Under the pieces are notes generated by a model that saw nothing but the letters and a program-made list of their open reading frames with translations, was not told the origin of the DNA and ran no database searches. A stretch of DNA of 64,000 nucleotides from Octopus vulgaris (lineage: Eukaryota). Made by a program: the position numbers and the translations under genes. Positions 12,470 to 27,150 of the stretch are shown here, piece by piece. Positions within the stretch are counted from its first letter, which is position 1. Every line of letters starts with the position of its first letter. The stretch spans positions 141,980,001-142,044,000 of the forward strand of contig OX597816.1 of the NCBI GenBank assembly GCA_951406725.2. Reading direction: 5' to 3'.

Positions 12470-14701
12470 ATCCTGCAAATGGACAGAGATTTAGAGACAT
12501 ACTACTCGAAGCCTCTGACGAAATAGAAGGGGATATAGCTTCACTTAATGTGGAAGACAACTGGAGATTCCTACGGGACAACCTGCTGACAGCCACTGAC
12601 CAGATCTGTGGATGGAGCAAAGTACCATCTCGACCCAGAGTAACATGGTGGTGGAACACTGTGGTTGAAAGGGCTATTAGACAAAAGAGACAGGCTTGGA
12701 AGGACTGGAAGAACGGTGGTAGCAGGGAATTGTATCAGACAGCCAAAAGGGAAGCTAGGAGACAGGTTTATTTAGCCAGAGGGGAAGCGGATAAGAAAAA
12801 ATTTGCCAATGTTCTGAGCCATGAGGATGAAAGACTTGAGGTATTTCGTGTTGCAAGACAGTGTGTGAGAGAGAATCGTGATGTGGTAGGAGAGAAGTGT
12901 GTTCGCATGGATGATGGTTCACTTGCGCTAAATGAGGATGCAAAGAGAGAGGTTTGGAGATGCCACTATGAAAGGTTGCTGAATAAAGAAAATGAATGGG
13001 ATAAAGAGAGTCTGCCAAATGTTGACCCAACAGAGGGACCAGCTATCCGAGTTGATAGTTCCGTGGTAGCTAAGGCAATTAGAAGCATGAAGACAGGGAA
13101 AGCCCCAGGCCCATCAGGAATTACTGCAGAGATGCTCAAAATATCTGGCAGTGTCGGCTATAACCTAGTCACCCATATAGTCAACCAGGTGATACACGAA
13201 GGAGTCATACCCAATGACTGGTGTAGCAGCATACTAGTCAACTGCTACAAAGGTAAAGGTGATGCCCTGGATACAAATAATTACAGAGGTATCAAGCTGT
13301 TGGATCAGGTAATGAAGGTTATGGAGAGGGTCATAGCCCAACTAATTAGAGAGAGAGTTAGTTTAGATGAGATGCAGTTTGGGTTTGTCCCAGGGAAAAG
13401 CACCACTGATGCTATATTCCTGGTAAGGCAGCTGCAGGAGAAATACCTAACCAAAGATAAGCCCCTGTACCTGGCTTTCGTTGACATGGAGAAAGCCTTT
13501 GATAGGGTCCCCCGATCCCTCATCTGGTGGTCAATGAGGAAACTAGGGATAGATGAATGGCTGGTGAGGGCTGTGCAAGCCATGTACAGAGATGCCGTAA
13601 GTAAGGTTAGAGTTGGCAACATGTACACAGAAGAATTCAAGTAGAGGTTGGGGTCCACCAGGGTTCAGTACTCAGCCCCCTCCTATTTATCATAGTCCTC
13701 CAGGCAATAACGGAGGAATTCAAGACAGGTTGCCCCTGGGAGCTCCTCTATGCTGACGACCTCGCTCTAATCGCTGAGTCACTATCAGAACTGGAGGAGA
13801 AGTTCCAGGTGTGGAAGGAGGGTTTAGAATCGAGGGGCCTTAGAGTCAACCTAGCTAAAACCAAAGTACTAATAAGTAGAAAGGTAGAAAATCCACAAAT
13901 ATCCTCAGGAAGATGGCCCTGCTCGATCTGTAGAAAAGGTGTAGGTAGAAACTCTATAAGATGTACCCAGTGTAAGCTATGGACACATAAGAGGTGCAGC
14001 AATGTCAAAGGTAGGCTAACTGGGAAGATAGTTTTTGTATGTGGCAGGTGCTCTGGAGCATTGACCTCCGAAAATCTGCAGAAAACAACTTCCGTCACTT
14101 TCCGGGGGAAAAACTAGAAGTAGTTGATAGCTTCCGCTATCTAGGTGACCAAGTCAGTAGTGGGGGTGGGTGCGCTGAAAGTGTAACTGCTAGAATAAGA
14201 ATAGCCTGGGCAAAGTTTAGGGAGCTCTTACCTCTGCTGGTGACTAAAGGCCTCTCGCTCAGAGTAAAAGGCAGACTGTATGATGCATGTGTACGAACAG
14301 CTATGCTACATGGCAGTGAAACATGGGCCGTGACTGCTGAGGACATGCGTAAGCTCGTGAGGAACGAAGCCAGTATGCTCCGATGGATGTGTAATGTCAG
14401 TGTACTTACTCGACAGAGCGTTAGTACCTTGAGAGAAATGTTGTACCTAAGAAGCATCAGTTGTTGTGTGCAAGAGAGACGATTGCGCTGGTATGGTCAT
14501 GTGGCGAGAATGGATGAAGATAGGTGTGTGAGAAAGTGCCAATCCCTAGCAGTTGAGGGAACTCGTGGAAGAGGTAGACCCAGGAAAACCTGGGACGAGG
14601 TGGTGAAGCACGACCTTCGGACGTTAGGTCTCACCATGGAAATGACTAGAGACCGAGACCTATGGAAGTATGCTGTGCGTGAGAAGACCCGGCAAGACTA
14701 G
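12470..14701 (+). pseudogene. RTE reverse transcriptase with two frameshifts (~13640, ~14110) and an embedded PHD-type finger
   Basis: KAPGPSGI, NYRGIKLL, QFGFVPG, FVDMEKAFDRV, GVHQGSVLSPLLF, YADD (13749-13760), FRYLG, MLHGSETW, RLRWYGHV, RGRGRPRKTW. Confidence 0.9.
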
Positions 14702-15329
14702 TGAAGCCATAATCCGTGGCCCCTACCTGGGACGTAGTCAGTCCACCTGTGCATACCTTCCTTCTTGTGACACTTGTGAAGACCTGTTGAGGCAAGTGAG
14801 AATCGAATCGAATCAAATCAAATCAAATCGAACCAAATCAAAATAGATGAACATCAATGGAATTTGTATCCTTGTGGTACCAGTGCCGGTGGCACATAAG
14901 AAAACCATCCGAACGTGACCGTAGCCAGTACCGCAACGACTGGCCTCCGTGCTGAGGGCACGTAACAAACACCATCCGAGCGTGGCCGTCCGCCAGCCTC
15001 GTCTGGCACCTGTGTCGGTGACACATAAGAAAACACCATCCGAGCGTGGCCGTCAGCCAGCCTCGTCTGGCACCTGTGTCGGTGGCACATAAAAAACACC
15101 ATCCGAGCGTGGCCGTCTGCCAGCCTCGTCTGGCACCTGTGTCGGTGGCACATAAAATCACCCACTACACTCTCGGAGTGGTTGGCGTTAGGAAGGGCAT
15201 CCAGCTGTAGAAACACTGCCATATCTGACTGGCCTGGTGCAGCCTTCGGGCTTGCCAGACCCCAGTTGAACCGTCCAACCCATGCTAGCATGGAAAGCGG
15301 ACGTTAAACGATGATGATGATGATGATGA

Positions 15330-15333
<4 letters not shown>
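12470..15333 (+). mobile_element. 5'-truncated RTE-clade LINE (low divergence) with long structured 3' UTR and (GAT)n tail
   Basis: RT homology across three frames (12358-13644, ~13642-14117, 14039-14701); 3' UTR 14702-15333. Confidence 0.92.
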
Positions 15334-15364
<31 letters not shown>

Positions 15365-15614
15365 TGTATATATATTAATCCGGAATATTTTCCACTCCAT
15401 TTTCCCCTTTTTTCTATCTGTTTTCTCTTCCCATTCTTTTCTATAGTACAGCATAAGCTTAAAACATCAAAGACTCTTTCACTTTTCTTGAGTGTCAAAC
15501 GAATACATTTTGTTTGATGTTTCCTCACCTGTCTCCATCTTTTGTTTTGTTTTGTTTTTTTGTACAATTTTGAACTACACACATACACACACTCACACAC
15601 ACATAGTTCATAGT

Positions 15615-16121
15615 ATATACTGTTACAGTGCTTCTACCAAATTCAAAGTTTATGTTCCCTGCTAATCTGCTTTTGATTCCACTACATCTCTTGTGTGTCC
15701 ATAATTTATATTGAGTACAGCATATTGAACAAGGCCATTTCTTTGAAGGTACTAGGATCATGTCTGATTTCCTACTAAGACCTTTATCTTTGCTAAGTTC
15801 ACCTTAAAGCCTTTCAATTCTAGGCTTAGTTTGCATGCTCAGAATTTCCTGTCTAACTTCCCTACAGATTCAGTAATGATTAATAAGAAGAGACTGAGCC
15901 TTAATGATCTTCAACCCTCATACTAAATTTGTCCCTGAAGTCATCTTTGGCTCTCACTTTACTTACTGCATCATTGTACATGGCTGGTACAGCTCTTGCA
16001 TATTACTTGTCAGTGCCTAGTTGCCTTAGTGACCTCTTAATTACTGCTAATGTTATCTTGTAAAATACCTCCTCCAAGTCAAAAAAAGAAAGTCAGGAAT
16101 AATGGTTTACTCTTAGCCAAG
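15615..16121 (-). mobile_element. Older, degenerate copy of the PHD-containing RTE family in opposite orientation
   Basis: Minus-strand translation KWPCSIC..CTQYKLWTHKRCSGIKSRLAG parallels 13910-14050. Confidence 0.8.
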
Positions 16122-17061
16122 TATCAAGTCATCCCATAAGATCTGTCCAAATTTTTAATAAAGAAAACAAGTGATCAAATGTTATATTTAATTGAAATTT
16201 AATTATCAATGTACTTTCCCTGATTATCTATGACTTCCTTCCATCTATTTACAAACTTTTTAATCCCATCAATGTAAAACTCTTTTGGTCTCAAAGTAAA
16301 GAACTCTGAAATGTCAGTTTCAACTTCCTCCTGGCTTGCGAAAGTTATTTCCCCCAAATGATTCTGTAAACTACAAAACAAATGGTAGTCTGAAGGAGCA
16401 AGGCTGGGAGAATAAGGCAGATGAGGAATTTTTTCCCAACCAAGCTCTTCAATCTTTTGTGATGTGATCTTTGCAGTGTGGTGTCACAAATTTTCCTGAT
16501 GAAACATCACTCCTTTTTGATTCACTAAAGTGGGTCTTTTTTCATCAAAGCTTAGTTCAAATGCTCTAATTGCTGACAGTAGACTCTTACGTATTGATTG
16601 TTGCATTAGGTGGTAGCAATTCAAAGTGAATTACTCCTTTGCAATCCCACCAGATAGAGAGAAGAACCTTTTTCCTATGAAGTTCCTTTCTCGGTTGTGG
16701 TTGAGCTTTTTCCCTTTTACCAAGCCACTGTTTATGACATTTAACATTTCAATAGAAGATCCGTTTTTCATCACCAGTCACAAGTCTATCCATAAAGGGG
16801 GAAATGAGTTCGAAAGAATGAAGAGAAGAGCAGATGTTAACTTGGGATTTGTAGTTGCTTTCAGACAATTCATGAGGCACTCATTTTTCAAGTTTAGGAA
16901 CCTTTCCAAGTTGTTGAAGATGATGATGAACAGTCGTATGGTTTGAACTAAGCTTTATTACCAATTCTTCAACTGATAATGCAGGATTTTCTTCAAGTAA
17001 TGCCTCAAGGAGCTTATCATCAAACTCACCTGGACGTCCTGTTCGATCATTATCTTCAAGG
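16122..17061 (-). mobile_element. Mariner transposon relic (3' end and transposase), 5' part replaced by a SINE
   Basis: LPYSPSLAPSDYHLFCSLQNHL (16360-16420), LEDNDRTGRP, LEALLEENP; TA followed by TIR-like tcaagtcatcccataag. Confidence 0.85.
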
Positions 17062-17285
17062 CTGTGTGTTTGTGTATCTACGTTTGTTCCCCATCCCGAA
17101 TTGGCAACTAGTGTTGGTGTGTTTATGTCCCTGTGACTTAGCTGTTCAGCATAAGAGACCAATAGAATAAGTATCGGGTTTTAAAGAGGAATAAGTACTG
17201 GAGTCGATTCATTCAACTAAAAATTCTTCAAGGTGGTGTCCCAGCATGGCCACAGTCAAATGACTGAAACAAGTAAAAGGTAAAA
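17062..17285 (+). mobile_element. SINE family A, 3' half
   Basis: Matches 27565-27770 (ggtgtcccagcatggccacagtcaaatgactgaaacaagtaaaag). Confidence 0.8.
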
Positions 17286-18022
17286 GATTATACAAAAATA
17301 CTAGCAGCGTCAATAACTTGATTAAACCCCCAAGCACTGTGTTAGAGTACACACTTCCAATAATAAGTACAGTAGAATAACAACTATTGTTTCCCTCTGA
17401 GTCTACCTTCCTACCTTCACTTGAACACAATAGCATGCAAAAGCAGACTGGTTAAAATAAAACAATTCTTGCATACTGCACAGTAAACCAATCTATGGTT
17501 ACTCAATATGGCTGTTAACTAGATGGTGGGTAGATTGATGACACCTACATCTCTGCTCAGTTGAGGCTGATCTGGAACTAAACAACTACAGCAACAGCTA
17601 TAGTGAATACCAGAGACACTCGATAATCGTGTGAAATAAAAAAAAATATTGATTTCCTCCCTTTCTACAATTGAACAACATTGAAAATATCTGACATGTC
17701 AATTTTTACTTGCAAACTTTGCCTACAATTTCTTATTGCTAGCTATTTTCAAGTTTTGAAGAATATATGCTATATTTCTATCTGAATATTGAAATATCAG
17801 GTGTTTATTAGTCTCTCATCAATAAGAACTGATGGAAATTAGCAGCTGTTATGTAAAGATTTTTCGCCATTTTTGAATGTGAGATATTAATGCAATAGTT
17901 AATTTAATAAAGGAATCCTGTTCAGTAAAACCAGACAAAAATGACATTGAATAGGATAATATAAATTACTCAATGTAGTTTCCTTACACACACATAGATA
18001 TATATATATATGTGTATATAAG

Positions 18023-18067
<45 letters not shown>

Positions 18068-20238
18068 AATATATACATATTAAATACACATATATACATT
18101 ATTCAGAGAGAAAGTGAGTGATATACATATATGCATATATATATATATATATATATATAAATCACTGATTTGTAGTGAAGATCTCGCTAATCAATAAATG
18201 TTTGCTTTATAAAAGGCTTCATATACCTTTAAATATCTAATGGAGGTTATAGTTAAAGCTTTCTGAAGATATAGTTTCATTTCTGCTTTCTATATTTGTT
18301 GACATAACAATGCATTATTCGAAAATTAACAAATATTTGGAATTTCTGGTAGAAAGAATAAGTAAAATATTCAGAAGTTCATTAAAAATAATAATAATCA
18401 TACTTAAATTATTACATGATGAATATTATCAGATGCTATAATGGATAAATGGCAAATTGAAAAATATTCATTGTAAATGCCAATACTGAGAGTTTTTTTT
18501 TTCTTTTTTTAACATCTAATAAACACTTTGTAAAAGCAGTTGAAATATGTTGTTTGATGCCAGGTGAATAAATAATGTATGCTGACATGGCAAAGTTATT
18601 GTCTTTTTTTAATTGGTTTTTGGCTCAGTTATGTTTTTGAATTTGTTTTATTTTGGTGAATAGAATTCTGTGTAAATGGAAGATATGAAAATATTTTCAA
18701 TATTTTAGTTGAACAAGCAGAACAGAATGCCATTATTTCCAGTTTACGAAGAAATGTTTTACGATGAAATAAAATGCCAAAAAATGGTTTGAAATAATAG
18801 CTGACATGTTTAGAGGAATGGAAATAAGTGAATTATTGTTAACAAGGAAACTGTCTTCTTACCTTAACAAAGCATGGCTAGACAGCTCAGCAGATACATA
18901 ATATGGATATGCAAAAAAGTGGACTTAGATTTTGACAGATGATATAGTGGGGGAATAGCTAAGATAACATGGTAGGTATACAGCATATACCTAACATAGT
19001 GAGTATATAGCAGGAATATAGAATATAGTGGGTACATTTAACTTAGTCAGGGTAACATCTACCCAGGTTAAATATATAAATATGCATAATCAACAAAAGT
19101 TATGTGTGTATATCTATATATCTATACACACACACACATGCACACACACACACACACACCATCGCACACACACACACACAGAGTCACACACTGGAACAAG
19201 ATATGGTATCAAATTTTGTTAAACTGTCCCACTCATGCCAGCTTGGGAAGTAGATATAAAATTATAATGATGATATATATAGTGTACTGTTTGTTGAGAG
19301 GATCAGCACAAAGTATTCGATTCAGCAAGAGACAACTATCATATAATGAATACAGGAGTTATACATGAGCTACTTCAAGTTTTCTCTTTGGATAGTGCAG
19401 CAATCAGACAGGCTTGTATAACATACCAGGCATGATCTGTCAATCATTCAAACCCAAATGAGATGGTTGCTCTGTGAGGAAATGTGAAAACCTTGAGAAG
19501 AAAACAAGAAACGTTTTAAGGGAAAGATAGAAAATTCCTTCATGGAATCTAGGTTATGTCCCTTTGATCTACTAAATGTAGACTTCTGTTAATTTTGAGT
19601 GTTTACATCTAAAACAATGGGGGAAGTTTGATGAGAGAAAGGCTAAAATGAGTTAAACTGAGTATCTAATCCAATGAGGGGTAGGGGCTACATTTTCCAG
19701 TCCTATAACACAAACTTGTCAAGATGCATACATCTAGTGAAAATACATCTAGTGATCTTGAGTTTAGAAGGTGCAGTTCTTTGATCTAGTAAGGATGTGT
19801 GCTCTTTCGATTATACAGAGCCAGCTCTTTTTGACCCATTAATGCATGACCTAGATCTCTCTATAATGCTTCATTTGATGATGTGTAGTTTACTGCTACC
19901 CTTCAGGTTATATATATAGCTTACCAGCTTTGTGCTTTTCTTTTTTTGTCAACATGTATGGTAGATAGCATATTTCATTTTGAAGTCACTTTGGCTCCCT
20001 TATTCAGTGACCTTGGTTTCATAGACAATTGGGCTAACTATGCATACCTGGTCTAGAGGGAAAATATCTAAGGTTTTATAGTTGCAGTCTGAAGTAAATA
20101 TTTTGATTGGCTTACATGAATTGATATTTTTCATATTAAAGCTGAAGCTGTAGGAATCTTTCACAGACCATTTATTGAAAATTTTCTTTTATCTATGGCT
20201 GTCAGAGAAATGTTTATCTATCAGGGCTAGGAATTTCT

Positions 20239-21072
20239 TATTGTAAAAACCCATGTAATTTGTGCACCTGTGTAATTTACGCAGGTGATTTTCAAGATAA
20301 AAATTGTTACAAAAAAGCTTCTACTCATATAAAATCTGCACCCAAAAGTTTTCAGAATTGCCAATATGGCCAGGGAGGAAAGATTTTCAGTTTACTTGTA
20401 TTTAGCATAATTTCACTTACTTATGATTAGATTTTATTAAATTTCCATTAAATAAAAATAATTTCTGTTTAACAGGTATCACATTGAAAGCTATTAAATT
20501 ACAAAGTGTCTGTGTTCTTTATAATAATCTTTATTTTACATTTCTTGCTCACAAGAGATTATTTCCATACTGCTGTATGTCTTCTCAAATCACAATCACA
20601 AGAAAAGTTGTTGATAAGAATTATCAACAAAAACAAAGCTGATAAATACCCACAGGTGTTGCAAATTAAGTTTAATTACCAATAAACATCAGCTTGGATG
20701 ACACTTTACTCAACCAAGTAAAATATGTAAAATATGGCCCAGACCATGATTACCTGCATGAAAATCGGACTTCAAAAAGTAGTTAACCATTTGATGGTTT
20801 TAGTAAATTTATGCAAAAGAAGTAAGCATTATACCATTCAGCATAAATAAAAGTCAACTTCATTATATTTAAGCCTTCATTTTTCCCGTAAAAACCTATT
20901 CAGACATTAAATGGGTTGACTTCCAGTATGTTTATGTTTTGTATGTCATTTTTCAACAAAAAAATTTCTAAAAAAATCCTGAAAACAATCCACTCATGTA
21001 ATTTATGCACCCCTAAAGTTTATTTTTATTTTTGTAAAAAAATATACATAAATTACATGGGTTTTTATGGTA
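20239..21072. mobile_element. TA-flanked MITE with pogo/Tc2-like TIRs
   Basis: TAttgtaaaaacccatgtaattt ... aaattacatgggtttttatggTA inverted termini; no coding capacity. Confidence 0.75.
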
Positions 21073-21299
21073 TCTACATTAGTCCTAATATGAAGGAGAA
21101 AGGGTGAGCAAACCATATAAGATTTCTAGATCTATTTGTAAGCTTGGCTCTTTTTGGGGTCAGAGTGTATGATATCTTCCCTTTAAAGTCACTGTCAGCC
21201 AGGGTATTATCACACTAGGGGTATGTCTTATCAAAAATTTCTTTAGATATATAAAAAGGTTAGAGATCCTATTACTAATGCTAGCGATATAGTTTTTAA

Positions 21300-21521
21300 C
21301 ACTTTACCATTCAGATTATTCTGTTAAATGCAGTGCTTATTTATTCACTTTGTTTTGAATTAATCATACATTATCATGAAGCTTCAAGATTTCAATGATG
21401 CAATTGTTTAGTTTTCAGAATGACATTGTAGGATAAGTGTAAGAGGCCAGATCTGGCCAATTTGAACAAAAAACAGGGTAGAATATTTGGGCTGGATGTA
21501 GCCAGTTTAAATGCTAAAGGG
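21300..21521. mobile_element. piggyBac-type MITE
   Basis: TTAA|cactttaccatt...aatgctaaaggg|TTAA; second copy at 45194-45411. Confidence 0.8.
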
Positions 21522-22074
21522 TTAAAGATGACAAAGGGAGTGGTAAGATTGTGTATGTACCTAGGTTCAGGAAAACATATAAGATGTCAACTTTAGTGAT
21601 GTTTATAGCTACTGAGAATGACAATTACTACATATTTTACTAAAATTGACTTAGTGGCTAATAGCAGGCAAATAATATAGTGTATAAAAACAAGAGTTGT
21701 TGATTGATATATGGTTATATAACATTGGTAAATGACAGTGTGAATGTATAAGCATAATAACATAGAGCATTTAGTATAGGTACCAGAGTATACTAGGTAT
21801 ACCATAGTATCTATATTAAATGCCCTACATCATATAGCAATAGAGGTATTCATGAACTGAAATCCATCAATAGCTAAAATATTTCACAAGGTATAGTTGA
21901 TAGTTTTGATTATGTAGGAGATCTAATTATGCTGGAGGTGAGCTTAGCGAAAACATAGTTACCAAAGTAAAGAAGGGTGAAGAAAAGAACAATTACATCT
22001 AATACTGACGAATCATTTCAATCTTTCTACAAAAAGTAAGACTATAGGGGGTATATATGTGTGTGGGTGTGTTG

Positions 22075-22606
<532 letters not shown>

Positions 22607-23467
22607 TAGAGAGCATTCTATATAGTATGGATATACAGCATAATGAGTATCTAGTATAAATAAATATGGTGGGTATATAACATAACTTAAAAAGATAATA
22701 TGTTATTGAACAGTGATCTACCATCTGCAAGGTGAACAGATTATATCTGATCTTGTTTTTCAGACATTTATCACTGACTATAAATAGGTACCATTCAGAA
22801 GTACAATTCTCTCAAGTAATTAATATAAATTCTGTAATTTAAAAATATAAAGTTCAACTAAATCATTTTGAATTTTCTTTTATCTCGTCTCTCTGAATTT
22901 ATCTGTATGACTGTTGTTCAAGCAACAGAGATCAGCAGTTCACGGCACACATCCATATCAATAAGATTAGTTCTCTGATGTCTGATTCCATTTTCCCTTC
23001 TTAACTTAATAATTACAACTCTTTATTGTAATGTCTTGTTATTATTCTAACATGAAAAAAGAAAAAAAGAAACAATTTTTTTTTCTACAAAGCCTTAACT
23101 ACAACTAAATAAAAATCTGGAGGGAAATTAACATATTATTGCTACAAATTATGTGCAAAAAAAAAAAAAGAAAAGAACCAGTCTTTAACTTGTGATGATA
23201 ATATAATAAAATATGAAATTCCAGTGTCATCCTGGGAAAGTGTGTTTGCTCATTAAGTAATAAGAAAGTTGCTATGAGCCTAGAACTGTGTACATAGTGC
23301 AAATAGTGGGACCTCTTTGTGAGACTGACAGAGAACAAGGATTTTGGTTGTAATAAATGTATAAGAGTTAGTAGTTGAGATATTCTTCAATTCAAGTCAT
23401 CAATGAATAAGGTATTTTACAAAGTGTAGTTGATAGTTTTAGCTATCTAGGTGATCTAATTAGTACT

Positions 23468-23715
23468 GCAAACCCAGGTGGCACTGCTCATAATGTGGAG
23501 AAAAGTAAAATCAATAAATACAGAGGCCTCACCAGCTGCTATCAGTTTGTGCCAGTCACTGTTGAGATGTCAGATGTTCTAGAACCCCATACTACTGATT
23601 TACTCCACAAAATAGGGTAACAGTGGTCTGTTGGAGAAATGAGCCCTACTAGGCAGAGTGGCTTCTGCAACGAGTGTCACTGACCATTCTCCATGGTAAT
23701 TTTCCATTCTCCATG
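23468..23715 (+). pseudogene. C-terminal restriction-like endonuclease remnant of a CRE-clade non-LTR element
   Basis: Manual translation ..VEKSKINKYRGL..FVPVTVEMSDVLEPH..LLHKIG..WLLQRVSLTILHGN resembles the CRE C-terminus (FxPxAVETxG...LxQRxSxAxxRGN). Confidence 0.6.
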
Positions 23716-24373
23716 GCTGAGCACACCTTTTGTTTTGAGATATGTGGCCTGTTGCCCCTCCTCCTCCTTCATCAACTGCTGTTTTACCTACCACCACATG
23801 TACTTTATTGTTTTCTTTCTTTTTCTTTCTTCTCTCTCTTCGGTAAAAAGCATAGCTACCACAATAAAGAAGAGGAGGAAAGAACTATCACTTCTATTAT
23901 TAATGAAGGGTTTCTTTCTTCCTTTTCTAAACTGTTTGAAGTGTGATACTATGTTGTTGCAAAATAATAGATATTGGAAGTGGAAGATCTGAGGAGCATG
24001 GTGAGAAACAAGTGGAACACATGATCTAATGGATGAATACTGTTAACTCGGTATTAAAGACATTAGCTGATGTTTACAAGAAATATAGATGATGTATGCA
24101 TATATGATATGAAGAAACGATGGGCAACGTGTGGAAAAGTATCATGTGCAGACAGCAGAGGGTGCCCATGGGAAAGAATGACCAAAAAGATGAAGGAAGA
24201 ATTAATAATGAAGTCACATCTCAAGATATGGAGTCTCTTTGAGAAGATAGCAATAGACTGAGATAACTGATATGTTGTAAAATGGACATGTCCAATTCTT
24301 AGCAGTTTGAAAAAAGTGGATATTGAAATGAAGATGACAACGATGGTGGTGGTGGTGGTAGTGGGGGGGTTAA

Positions 24374-24603
24374 GTGGCGAGCTGGTAGAATCGTTAGCAC
24401 GTCGGGCGAAATGCTTTGCGGTATTTCGGCTGCCATTACGTTGTGAGTTCAAATTCTGCCGAGGTCGACTTTGCCTTTCATCCTTTCGGGGTCGATAAAT
24501 TAAGTACCAGTTACGCACTGGGGTCGATGTAATCGACTTAATCCATTTGTCTGTCCTTGCTTGTCCCCTCTGTGTTTAGCCCCTTGTGGGTAGTAAAGAA
24601 ATA
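24374..24603 (+). mobile_element. SINE family B (~230 bp) with a ~16-bp target-site duplication
   Basis: gctggtagaatcgttagc head; gagttcaaattc B-box-like; core gtcgactttgcctttcatcctttcggggtcgataaattaagtacc; flanks ggtagtgggggggttaa / ggtagtgggaggttaa. Other copies at 35503-35725 and 48770-48945. Confidence 0.85.
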
Positions 24604-24906
24604 GGTAGTGGGAGGTTAATAATGACAATGATGACTATTATAATAATGATGATAATGGGGGGGGGATGCTCATCATTATCATGATAAACCATCATACAGA
24701 ATTCATTTTATCTGTACCTTATTGTACATCTAATGGATCATACACCTCTTGTCCTACTTCACTTACAATAAATCCCTTGTATCCATGTTTTATTTCTCTG
24801 CAGCATGACATCTCTTATATGTGCTTTGTATAGCCTGTCACTGAGAGAAAGGCATATACATGTATGTGTATGTATGTATATGTGTATACACACACACAAA
24901 CACACA

Positions 24907-24970
<64 letters not shown>

Positions 24971-25345
24971 AGTTATCTAAATTTTCATATCTCTTGAATC
25001 CTAGCAACAATGTTATATCACTAGCTCTGTTTCCAGCATTATGCTTGTGTGCTTGTGTATGTAATGGGAGGAGTTGTCTGTATTGTGTGTGTGTGTGTGT
25101 GTGTGTGTCATATATATTTGTACGTTTGTGTGTATACATCTATATGTAAATCTATATCTGTATATATTCATGAATGAAAGTGAAGGAGAGCCATACAGAG
25201 ATGGGGGAGATGCACACCCACTCACCAACACATAAATATCTAATATAGTTTATGAAATATATCTGCAAAGACACTTTCGATTTATCAAATATATATAAAT
25301 ATATAAATAATGTATGTATATATACATATATATATGTATGTATGA

Positions 25346-25390
<45 letters not shown>

Positions 25391-25441
25391 GTATGTATAT
25401 ATATTTAAAATGTATGTATGTATATATATATATATATATAT

Positions 25442-25495
<54 letters not shown>

Positions 25496-26774
25496 GAAAA
25501 AATAACAGATATATGAATACATGCCTGCATAAAGCTTTTATAATCATACACAACTGTCTTCTTACATCAATAGAATTTATTACAAAAACAAAGAAATTTG
25601 ACAGTTTCCTGTCATCCAATTATCTTCCAGTTTTCATAAATCATTTTAGTCCAAATGAGCTATATCGTTATTCTGTGCGATGCTATGGAGCAATATTGGT
25701 AATACTTTTTACATGGCTCTGCCTTCATTCATGTTCCTTGGGGAGACCAGAATATTTACTATTGTATGGATGAATGGCTTTGAGGTATTGGAAGTTGAAG
25801 ATATAATAATTTTGGTTTTACATAGAACTTATTTCAATAAAATGAATAGATTCTTAACAACACCTTTAATCTATTTATAGTGAACAGAATCTTTTTCATA
25901 TGTTGCTTTTGCCAAAGAAAGAATCTGATTGCACATAAAGGAAACGGTTTCTCGATTGATGGCATTGTAATAGTTGGATCAAAATATTCTAGTTCCAGTC
26001 ATTTAAAAGAATAGAAGATGAGACATAAAATGCAGAATATACAGTAGTTCTCTTTTTAATGCTTTTTTTCATATAAAATGTTGGGTATCTTTTATAATAA
26101 TGACTGAATGGTTGATAAAGTAAAAGTGAAATGAAATTTTAACAAAAACATTGTCAAAAATGTAATACACATTAATTTGAGGAATGTTTAGTAAGGATAG
26201 AAATGATTATCTGTAGATATTGTTGTAGATATTATAAACTTTGGTATATTACATAGAAAACAATTTAATTTGCTTATTTATTTATTTTTACTGGTTAATT
26301 ACACATTTAGGAGACAAAAATATATGCCCAACTATGGCAGAATTTTAGCCCAAAGACTAAAAAGTAATTGAAGAAATACTGGGTTTTTTTCTCTCCCACA
26401 CAAATATCATAATTCTTATGTTACATGTCTATATCATGAACACATAATATAAATCAATGCAGGTGAATGGCTTTGTGAAGGTGCATGACTTTGTGACAGT
26501 GCATGGCTTAGTGATCACAAGATCATGTTTTTTATTCTCAGACCAGCTGTATGTTATGTTCTTGAGCAAAAGACTTTATTTCACATTGCTCCAGTCCTTG
26601 TAATGGATTGACATACAAGGGTAAGATGGTAGCTCAGGAAAATCTCTTGAATGGAGGTCCTGCAAGCCACATGTTTTATTTAGTGACTGAAAGGATGAAT
26701 AGTACAACCTCTGCTGTGAATCCTGATTGGTTGGGACTGGTTGTTCAACCATATCTAAGGATGAATGAATCCGT

Positions 26775-27150
26775 TATCTTTTATCTTTTACTTGTTTCAG
26801 TCATTAGACTGCAGTCATGCTGGGGCACCACCTTGAAGAATTTTTAATCAAATGAATCGACCTCAGTAGTCAGTATTTTTTATTAAGTTTAGTACTAATT
26901 CCTTTGGTCAAGTTATAGGGATGCAAACACACCAACTCCGGTTGTCAAGCACAGGAGGAACAAACATGGGCATACACAGGCACACACAGGCACACACACA
27001 CATACACACACACCCTACGCACGCACACATGCACACACACATACACATACACACACACATATATGAGATGGGCTTCTTTCAGTTTCCATCAACATAATCC
27101 ACTCACAAGGCTTTGCTCAGCCCAAGGCTAAAGTAGAGTATACTTGTCAT
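26775..27150 (-). mobile_element. SINE family A copy
   Basis: Reverse complement of 27440-27770 with internal (CA)n. Confidence 0.8.

Noticed and set aside
19380-21290. Possible ancient CR1/L2-like LINE around the MITE
   Set aside because: Only vague motif echoes; not supportable by eye
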